From Torpedo marmorata (Eukaryota): a stretch of DNA of 64,000 nt. The translations under genes and the position numbers were made by a program. The stretch is taken from assembly GCA_977017645.1 (NCBI GenBank), contig OZ360230.1, forward strand, positions 85,498,001-85,562,000. Reading direction: 5' to 3'. Positions 54,232 to 64,000 of this stretch are shown here, piece by piece (positions within the stretch are counted from its first letter, which is position 1; the number at the start of each line of letters is the position of its first letter). The notes below the pieces were generated by a model. That model worked only from the letters and a program-made list of their open reading frames with translations. It had not been told where the DNA came from and made no database searches.

Positions 54232-55425
54232 TTTTCTTTTTCAATATTTTTATTGGTTTCATCAAGTAAATGTTACATAGGTACGTAATAATAAAATAAA
54301 GTATTAACAAATTACATATAATAATAAAATTGGTGGTAAGACCTACGTTACATTGAAAAGAAGTAATAAAAACCTGGGAAAAAAAACACTATACTAATTA
54401 TCAATCCCCTCCCTTCAGAGGCTACTGGCTAAACATAAACAGTCCACTACCTAATAATAATAAAAAAATCATGGGGTCAAAAACCAACAGTTAATTAATC
54501 TCACAAATTTTGAAAATAATTAAGAAAAGAACCCCATAAGGAAACAAAGTTAAGATTCATTTCAGTGGTGGAACATCTAATTTTTCCCAAAGTCAAACAT
54601 GCCATCATATCAGACAGCCATTGATTATGAGTGGGAGGGACAGCATCTTTCCATCTCATTAATATGGTCCTTCTAGTGATAAGGGAAGCGAGGGCAACTA
54701 CATGGGATTGTGAAGCAGTCAATATTAGACCCATTGGCTCACATTCCAAAAAAAGCAAGAAAAGGATTTGGAGTCAAATTAATGTTAAGAACTAAAGACA
54801 AGGTACGGAATACACCTTCCCAAAAATTGGAAAGAGGACATAACCAGAACATATGATACAATGTACCTTCTTCAGTTATACATTTATCAGATTTAGAAGA
54901 AAAATCAGAATAGAATTTAGCCAACTGGACTTTGGAATAGTGAACCTGGTGTACTACCTTAAATTGTAATAATGTGTCCAGCACAAAGAGAGGATGAGAA
55001 CACTCGCTTCAAAATAGAGTCCCATGCAGTTTCAGAAATTAATTGTTGAAAATCTTGTTCCCATAGTTTTTTGATTCTATCCAGGGAACTATCCCTGGAA
55101 CTTAAAAGTAGATCATAAAGGACTAATAACATCCGTTTATGATCAGGTTTGAAATTATAAATCTTCCCTATCATATTAGGTTCCAAGTCTTGAGGGAGCC
55201 TCTAAATTAAAGAATTTAAGAAGCTCCTAACCTGTAAATAACAAAAAAAGTGATGTTTAGGTATTATAAATTTAGTAGATAATTGTTCAAAAACAGCAAG
55301 ATTTTGGTCAATAAAAAAATCCAAAAAGGATTGGATACCTAGATTTGACCATTGATGGTAACCGATATCTTGAACCGAAAGTAAAAAGAAGGAATTACCT
55401 AAAATAGGACTAATTAATAAGAATC
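54232..55425 (-). mobile_element. L1-clade LINE 3' fragment within an old CR1
   Basis: ORFs 54959, 54739 (KC..GTLYHMFWLC) and 54501. Confidence 0.8.
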
Positions 55426-55569
55426 TAGGAGTACAGGTGCGTAGCTCCCTAAATGTGACACTCAGGTAGAGTAGTGAAGGTGTTTCGCATGTTTTCTTTC
55501 ATTGGATAGGATACTTGGTGGAAAAGTAAGGAAGTACAAGTTGTTGCTGAAACCACACTTAGAATACTA

Positions 55570-55770
55570 TTAAACAGGAAAGTCTGCAGACACTGTGATT
55601 GTTGTGCAAAACACAAAAGTGCTGGACAAACTCAGCAGGTCACACAGCATCTCCTGGAAGTAAAGGGTAACTAACATTTCAGGCCTGAGCCCTTCAAGGT
55701 ATAAACAAAAAACAGGCAGGCGCCTGCATAAGAAGGTGGGGGGAGGAGAGGAGGGAGGGGATATGAAGGA
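55570..55770 (-). mobile_element. Penelope pLTR remnant
   Basis: gtctgcagacactgtgattg..aactcagcaggtca..ctgagcccttcaagg. Confidence 0.65.
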
Positions 55771-57010
55771 TGTCATAACATTGAAAGGATGCAGAACAGA
55801 TGATGTTCCTGGGACTTGGAGGCTTGATTTATACAGGCTGGATAGGCTAGGTCTTTATTCCCTGGAATGTTGGAGGCAAAGGAACAATCAAAGAGAGGTA
55901 TATAAATCATGAAGGGAATGGATAAAGTGAATGCTCAGTCTTTTTCCCAGGGCAGTTGATTCCAGAACTAGAGGGCATTGGTTTAAGGTGAGAAGGGAGA
56001 GATTTAAGGGGAACTTAAATGGCAACTTTTTCCACTCAGAGGTTAGTCTGTATCTGGAATGAGCTGCCAGAGGAAGCCGTAGAAGAGAATACTGTTAAAA
56101 ATTCAAACCAGCAACGACAGAAGACGCAATGCAAAAGGGGTAAAATTGAAATTACTATTTATTAAAGACAATTAAACATATAATTTCACAATTAACCCCA
56201 CTATAAACGTCTATAAACACTATTCTTATCAAAAAGGTGTGTGTGTGTGTATTAAGCCCAGACCATTACAGTCTGTGCCCAACCCTTATGTAAAAATGGA
56301 AAAACTTTCCCCAAAAACCCCAGGTCAGTCATAAAAAACAAGTCAGTCAAAAAAAAGGATAATACAGTCTACAAAATTCACTCTCTAAGTTCAGGCTTCA
56401 AATTCAGCTCTGTGTCTGGTAGAAGTACTTCTGAATGAACGTTGGAGAGAGACAATGACTGTTTATGCTTACAAATACTTGCTTTCTTCTCTGATGACGT
56501 CCTCTTCTTGTGTGTTCATAAGGATTTAGAGTTCAGATCAGTATACCACTGATTTAGGCGTATGCTTGAATCTCACAGCTAGTCTCGCTGATCTCACTGA
56601 TCTCACGCCTGTTCTCCACAGAAGTTGCTTTTAACTCAGAATTTCTCTGAGACAGGAGGCCATGTGCTATTCTGCCAGTCTTTTCTCTGACTTGCACAAA
56701 CCTGGATTTGGCTGTGTTCTGTAGCCTTTGCAATTTACAACTGTCTGCTTTTCCTGCAGAAATCTGCACCTGCTTTTTGCAAAAGTGAAACAAATGTATC
56801 TTGTCCACAGTCTCTCTGGTCTCTCTCTGTCTGGGTACACCAAAAGTGCAACAATGTATCTTGTCCACAACTTGTCTCTCTCTCTGTCTGGGTACACCAA
56901 GTCCTGGGGAAGTTAACTCTTTCAGTACCTGGCCCCAGTGTATACTCCAAAAGACTTCATCCTTCCTGCTGACCGTCCGCAGTCCAAATGGTCAGTCATG
57001 GTCCATAACA

Positions 57011-57020
57011 CCTCCCACCC
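57011..57020 (-). promoter_or_regulatory. Polypurine tract
   Basis: GGGTGGGAGG abutting the 3' LTR. Confidence 0.8.
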
Positions 57021-57142
57021 ACAAAGGAAATTTTGGTCTGCAAGAACAAAATTTAGGAAAGTAATTGAGGTGTCAGAATATAAACAAAATCTACAATGTT
57101 CATCCACAAATACAAAATATGAACTATTTTCATTGATAAAGC

Positions 57143-60100
57143 TTAACATCTAGAAAGACAATCAGCAATTACATTATCTTTCCCTTTTATATGAGTGATT
57201 ACCAAATTATATTCTTGCAAAATTAGACTCCAATTCAACAACCGTCGATTCTTATTTTTCATTTTACAAAGAAAAACCAATGGATTATGGTCAGTATACA
57301 CTATGAGTGGTTTTTGAGCTGTACAGATATACACATCAAAGTGTTGTAGAGCCAACACAAGAGCCAACAACTCTTTTTCCATGGTTGAATAATTCCTTTG
57401 ATGATCATTGAACTTCTTCGAGAAGTAGGATACCGGATGGTCAATGTCCTCTTCGTTCTTCTTCTGTAACAGCACCGCACCCACAGCTTCATCGCTGGCA
57501 TCCACGGCTAAAGAAAACGACTCTTCTAAATTAGGTGACTTAAGCACAGGTTGGTGGCATAACATGGCTTTCAATTTGACAAATGCTTCCTGACAACCTG
57601 TTGACCATACAAATTTTTCTTTCTTTCTAAGCAAATTTGTGAGAGGGAGCGCAAGATCAGCAAAGTTTTTACAGAACTTGCGGTAGTAGCCAATCACTCC
57701 CAGGAACCTCCTCAGAGTTTTCTTACCAGTTAGAACAGGGAACTCAGAAATAGCGACAACCTTTGCCTCTACTGGTGCCAACTGCCCCTGTCCTACTACA
57801 TAACCCAGATAAATAACAGTAGCATGTCCAAACTCACTTTTACTTAAATAAACTGTGAGTTTTGCTTTGGACGGTCGTTCGAACAATTGTTTTAGCTCAA
57901 AGACATGCTCTTGCCAGGTCTCACTACTTACAATTAAATCATCAATGTAAGCACCTGTGTTTTTCAACCCTTGAATCACTGAATTAATCATTCTCTGAAA
58001 TGCTCCTGGAGCATTCTTCATACCAAAAGGCATAACATTATACTCATACAGCCCAAAAGGTGTTACGAATGCAGAAATCTCCCTAGCCCTTTTTGTCAAA
58101 GGAACACACCAGTATCCTTTTAATAAGTCAATTTTTGTAAGAAATTTGGCCTTCCCAACCTTGTCTATACAATCGTCTATTCTAGGAATAGGATCAGCAT
58201 CTGTCTTGGTTACAGCATTTACTTTCCTATAATCAGTACAAAACCTAACCGTTCCATCAGGCTTCGGCACTAGAACACAAGGGGAACTCCAATTGGAAGT
58301 AGACTTTCGAATGATATTGTTCTTTACCATGTAGTCAATTTCCTGATCTACCAGTTTGCACTTTTCCGCATTGATTCGATAGGGATGCTGTTTTATCGGT
58401 CTTGCATCTCCTACATCCACATCATGATAAGCGATGGAAATTTTCTGAGGCACATCAGGAAATAAACTTATAAACTTTAAAAATAACTGATTCATCTCTT
58501 CCTTTTCTGAAGTTTTCAGATGAGCCAACTTTGTCTCCAGATTGCGCAAAATCGTGGAATTTTCCAACCTCGGGCTTATCAATTTCTGTGTCCCATGACC
58601 CTCTCTGAAACTGGTTTCATCTGTCTTCTCCTTACCCTGATCAATAACCAGTACCTCTGGTAAATTTTCAGTCCCTTTGTGTGGCACCTGTTCAAAATAT
58701 GGCTTAATCATATTCACATGACAGACCTGTGTGTCTCGTCTGCGATTAGGTGTTTCTATGACATAGGTGACATCATTAATTTTTGACTTAACTCTATAGG
58801 GTCCTGAAAATCTAGCCCTAAGAGGATTTGAATGGATGGGAAACAGAACTAATACATTCTCACCAGGTTTAAAAGTACTCATCTTCGCCTTTCGATCATA
58901 CCAAACCTTCATTCTCCGTTGAGTGGCCTTTAAATTCTCCTTTGCCATCTCACAAGCCGTATGTAATCGATCCTTAAATTTGGAAACATAATCTAACAGA
59001 TTTAAATGCACATCATGATTAATCCACTGTTCTTTTAATAATCTTAAAGGACCTCTCACCTCATGTCCGAAAACTAACTCGAATGGACTAAAACCAAGTG
59101 AGTCTTGGACAGACTCCCTCGCTGCAAATAACAACAAATGAACCCCCTCATCCCAATCCTTTTCCTTCTCACAACAATAGGTTCTAATCATGGTTTTCAA
59201 AGTCGAATGGAACCTCTCCAAGGCCCCTTGACTTTCTGGATGGTACGCAGAGGATACAATCTGTTTAACTCCTAGTCCATCAACCACTTATTGGAAAACG
59301 CCTGACATGAAATTACTGCCCTGATCTGATTGAATTTCCCTTGGCAAACCTACCAAGGTGAAAAACTTTACCATAGCCTTTACAATTGACTTTTCTTTTA
59401 TGTTTCTCAGAGGAATGGCCTCTGGAAATCTGGTGGCTGCACACATAATTGTTAACAAATACTCATTCCCCGCTTTGGTTTTGGGCAATGGGCCAACACA
59501 GTCCACAATTACTCTCGAGAAAGGCTCACTGAAAGCAGGGATAGGTTGCAAGGGTGCCACTGGGGGACCCTGATTAGGTTTACCCACCACCTGACAAGTG
59601 TGACAGGCCCGGAAAAAGCTTACAACCTCCCTTCTTAAACTGGGCCAATAAAATTGTTTCATTATCTTCCGTATAGTTTTCTTCACCCCAAGGTGACCAC
59701 CTCAGGGTGTACTATGAGCCAAAGTTATTATTGCATCCCTATATACTTTAGGGATCACAACCTGCTGCACTACTGCCCATTCTTCATTGGCAGGAACATC
59801 ACGTGGTCTCTACTTTCTCATCAACACCCCATCTTTTTCATAATAATCCACTGGCACCTTTTTAATCTCCTCTTCAGAGAGAACCTTATCCGTCACCTCA
59901 GCAAGATCAGGATCGTCCTTTTGCCTTGCTATTAACTCCTGTCGGGATAGTGACAAATCTGTGCCTTTAGGTGTCTTATCAGTGGATGGGTGTAACATAG
60001 GAGATAGCTCAACCTTTTCCAGGTTTTCTTGATTATCAGTGTCTTTTTCTTTGACCAAGTTATTTTCCACTGCCTTCTCTACAGTGACATTTTTCTTCGA

Positions 60101-61815
60101 CATGGCCCTGGTTATGGCACATGCCGGATAAATATCAGAGTCTTTCTCTGACTTATCAATGACTGGCTTAGTGGTCATTCGCACTGCAGGAACTACTTTA
60201 CCCTTGGCCAAGTCATTGCCTAACAACAGTGAGACTCCTACTGGCAACTCTGATCTCACTCCTATTATAACTGGTCCTTCCACCAAGTCTGAGTCCAATA
60301 CTATTTTGTGCAAAGGAATGGACTCAACCTCACCACCAATTCCTTTAATTAAATTTATGTCACCGGTGTCAGTAGCTTCACAAAATTCCAAGACACTATC
60401 TAACACAAGTGACTGAGCAGCTCCAGTATCTCGCAATATTTTCACTGGAACTTGCTTTGATCCTGCCTTAACTGAAACAAAATCATCAGTCACAAAAGGT
60501 TTAAATACATCTTTAACTTTGTCAGTAAATTTATCTCCTTCCTGGGTGTTATACATCTTCTCACTCTGAATACAAGCATTAGGTGTTGCATCCTTTTCTC
60601 TCTTCTTTTTCAACACTGGACAGCTTGCTAGCATATAACCAGCCTTCCGACAGTAGTGGCAAATGGGACCCGAATTGTTTTCCCTTTTCCACTTTCCTTC
60701 ATCCCTTTCCTTAACACCACTTCCAAATTAACTTTCCACTTGCTTCTGATTATCCACCATGACCTTTTGGAAAATTCTACCTGACGTCCACTTAGGCTTG
60801 TGGGTTAAAGCATATTCATCTGCTAACTTAGCTGAATTTTGCCAAGTTTTCACCTCCTTTTCATCTAAGTATGCCTTAATATCTTCAGGAACACACCTTT
60901 TTATCTCCTCGATTATTATCAATTCTCTCAATTGATTGTAATCATTGTTTACTGCCTTAGATTTGCACCACCTGTCAAAACACACAACCTTTTCATAGGC
61001 AAACTCTGTGTAAGATTGGGTTGCTGATCTTTTTAAATTTCTAAACTTTTTTCTATAAGCCTCTGGAACTAACTCATGAGCCTGGAGTATAGCCTTTTTC
61101 ACCGTTTCATAATCAGCAGCTTGCTCCGTGGTAAGAGTAGAATAAGTTTGCTGAGCTTTTCCTTTTATTACACTTTGTAACATAAGAGACCATTGGTCTT
61201 GTGGCCATTTTAATTTCACAGCCACTTTCTCAAAATGTTGGAAGTACTTATCTATTTCTGCCTCCTCAAATGGAGGAACCAACCTAACTTCTCTACTAGC
61301 CAAAAACCCCTCAGCAGGATGACGAATTTGATCTTGGCGCTCTTCTTGTCTCCTCTCATTTTCCAACCTCATCTTTTCCAGCTCATATCTCCTATTTTTC
61401 TCATCGTTCTCTAAGTCTAATCTCTTTTGTTCCAATTCCGTGTCTAATTTCTTTTGTACCCTGGCTGCCTCCAATTCTAATTTCCTTTGTTCCAATTCCC
61501 TGTTCTTTTGTTCCCTGTCTGCCTCCAATTTCTTTTGTTCCAATTCCAATTTCTTTATTTCCAATTGTATGTTTTCAGAAGGTTTACCCTTGGGAAACTG
61601 CTCTAACACGCTCTCCTCCAATTTTTTTCTTTTATATAGTATTTGACAATTTTTCTCCCAATCTCAGCCTTTTTCATAGATGCTTTTACAGAAGCAATGC
61701 CCAGCTTTATTGCTATAACCACTAACTGTTCCTTTTTTGCCTTTTTTAAAGTATCAGGTTCAGGTGATTCCAAGAAATTTTCTACATCCATTGTTGCTGG
61801 TTTTTCGTTACACAC
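57143..61815 (-). pseudogene. gag-pol polyprotein, single frame with in-frame stops (60728, 59810, 59702, 59288) and one frameshift near 61620
   Basis: SCAN-like capsid; knuckle CHYC..GY...C; protease DTG; integrase HHCC, D-D-E and GPY; RT AYIDD; RNase H VDAS..TDH. Confidence 0.92.
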
Positions 61816-61895
61816 ACACTAGCTTTTAATTAGCTTTACAAAAGGAATGCCTTAAACCAAACTGGGATTCCTTCAATTACCAAGATGGATTTTGA

Positions 61896-61918
61896 TTCAA
61901 ATCCCGGACGAGCCCCCA
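61896..61918 (-). promoter_or_regulatory. Primer binding site, tRNA-Pro
   Basis: TGGGGGCTCGTCCGGGAT(TTGAA), complementary to the 3' end of tRNA-Pro, 3 nt from the 5' LTR. Confidence 0.9.
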
Positions 61919-63031
61919 ATTTGTTACAAATTCAAACCAGCAACGACAGAAGACGCAATGCAAAAGGGGTAAAATTGAAATTATTATTTATTAAACACAA
62001 GTAAACATATAATTTCACAACAATTAACCCCACTATAAACGTCTATAAACACTATTCTTATCAAAAAGGTGTGTGTGTGTGTGTAAAGCCCAGACCATTA
62101 CAGTCTGTGCCCAACCCTTATGTAAAAATGGAAAAACTTTCCCCAAAAACCCCAGGTCAGTCATAAAAAACAAGTCAGTCAAAAAAAAAAAGGATAATAC
62201 AGTCTACAAAATTCACTCTCTAAGTTCAGGCTTCAAATTCAGCTCTGTGTCTGGTAGAAGTACTTCTGAATGAACGTTGGAGAGAGACAATGACTGTTTA
62301 TGCTTACAAATACTTGATTTCTTCTATGATGACGTCCCCTTCTTGTGTGTTCATAAGGATTTCGAGTTCAGATCAGTATACCACTGATTTAGGCATATGC
62401 TTGAATCTCACAGCTAGTCTCGCTGATCTCACGCCTGTTCTCCACAGAAGTTGCTTTTAACTCAGAATTTCTCTGAGACAGGAGGCCATGTGTTATTCTG
62501 CCAGTCTTTTCTCTGACTTGCACCAACCTGGATTTGGCTGTGTTCTGTAGCCTTTGCAACTTACAACTGTCTGCTTTTCCTGCAGAAATCTGCACCTGCT
62601 TTTTGCAAAAGTGAAACAAATGTATCTTGTCCAGTCTCTCTCTCTCTGGTCTCTCTCTGTCTGGGTACACCAAAAGTGCAACAATGTATCTTGTCCATAA
62701 CTTGTCTCTCTCTCTCTGTCTGGTTACACCAAGTTCTGGGGAAGTTAACTCTTTCAGTACCTGGCCCCAGTGTATACTCCACAAGACTTCATCCTTCCTG
62801 CTGACCGTCCGCAGTCCAAATGGACAGTCATTGTCCATAACAATACAAATTCAAAATTTAAATGACATTTGGACCAATATATGGAATAAGGGTTTAAAAG
62901 GATACAGGCAGACAGATGGGACTAGCTCAGAAGGCTAACTTGGTTGGCTGAGACAATTTGAGCCAAATTGTCTGTTCTGTATGGCTCTGTGACATCCAAT
63001 ATTATGATTCTTCATTGTAGAACATGGACAC

Positions 63032-63670
63032 AAGTCAAGTCAAGTTTATTATCATCTGATTGCACAAGTAAAACCTGATGAAACAACATTCTCTGGTCCT
63101 CAATGCAAAACATGCAGACACACAACCAGACCTAACACACATACAGACAACAATATATACACAGGCAAGTATTCATATGTACAAATAAATAAATATTGTT
63201 TTGTGAATATGAGAGTCTCGGATGGTTAGTGTGAGCGGTTCCTTTGGTCATTCAGCATTCTCACTGCCCGTGGGAAGAAGCTGTTTCTCAGCCTGGTGGT
63301 GCTGTCTCTAATACTCCTGAATCTCTTTCCTGATGGGAGCAGCTGAAAGATGCTGTGTGCAGGGTGGAAAGGGTCCTCAATGATTTTGCACTCCCTCTTC
63401 AGACAACAATCCCAGTAGATCACGTCGATGGAAGGGGGGGTGGGTGGGGAGAGGGAGACTCCAGTGATCCTCTCTGCCACTCTTATGGTCCTGTGGATTC
63501 CCCTCCGATCCATTTCTCCGCAGCAACCGTACCACACTGTGATGCAGCCGGCCAGGACGCTCTCGATAGAGCTCCTGTAGAAGGATGACATGATGGTGGC
63601 CGGTAGCCTTGCCCGCTTCAGCCTTCTCAGGAAGTGCAGTCCGGTTGCACCTTACTGACTAGTGAGGAAT
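63032..63670 (-). mobile_element. Rex1/Babar 3' fragment
   Basis: ORF 63226..63591; (GACTT)n-type tail reversed at 63032. Confidence 0.85.
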
Positions 63671-64000
63671 TACAACCTGGTACAGGCCCTTCAGCCCACG
63701 ATGTTGTGCCGAACTATGGAAACCTAGCCCTCAACAATCTAATTTTTCCCTACTTCACACCCATAGCTCTCTGTTTTTCTTGGAGAGTCCAAGAGTCTTT
63801 TGAATATCTCTATTGTACCAGCCTCCACCACCACCCCAGCAATGCATTCCATGCAGCCACCACTCGGAGTAAAAAAACATGCAGTACCTCTGACATCCCC
63901 TAAACGTTCCTCCACTCACCTTAAACCTATATCCTCTGGTATTTGCTATTGTTGCCCCAGGAAAAAGTTCCTTATAATCTCATACACTTCTATTCTACTT
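63670..64000 (-). mobile_element. CR1 3' fragment
   Basis: Reversed CR1 3' UTR (ggcccttcagcccacg..., ccaccactc). Confidence 0.6.

Larger units (their letters stand above)
56093..62842 (-). mobile_element. Full-length Gmr1-clade Ty3/Gypsy LTR retrotransposon (LTRs 56093-57010 and 61922-62842)
   Basis: Paired TG..CA LTRs; ATAC TSD; PBS and PPT; domain order gag-PR-IN-RT-RH. Confidence 0.95.

Noticed and set aside
57143-59287. Domesticated or functional pol gene
   Set aside because: Part of an LTR-flanked element with upstream in-frame stops that split the integrase.
52349-64000. PCCB exon 6
   Set aside because: No SGVIPQIS..GPCAGGAVYSPA-coding segment found; it probably lies beyond the window.

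Overview
Eukaryotic (vertebrate) genomic DNA. The repeat inventory (HE1/V-SINE-like SINEs, CR1, Rex1/Babar, Penelope, L1) resembles cartilaginous fish; this is an inference. The window holds the 3' part of PCCB (propionyl-CoA carboxylase beta) on the minus strand: nine exons, equivalent to human exons 7-15, at 52348..1389. They have consistent phases, and one intron is GC-AG. The introns are dense with nested transposons: a complete Gmr1-type Gypsy LTR retrotransposon (integrase before RT, SCAN-like Gag, tRNA-Pro PBS, 4-bp TSD) plus two solo LTRs; a near-full-length Rex1/Babar LINE inserted antisense into its own family; a tandem plus inverted Penelope cluster carrying minimal hammerhead-ribozyme-like motifs; a Tigger/pogo MITE resembling mammalian Tigger3/MER7; a second pogo-like MITE with a GC-rich repeat-spacer array; a composite hAT MITE; and many CR1 and L1 fragments. 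I found no prokaryotic system and no CRISPR. The most interesting signals are RNA-level and TE-evolution features.
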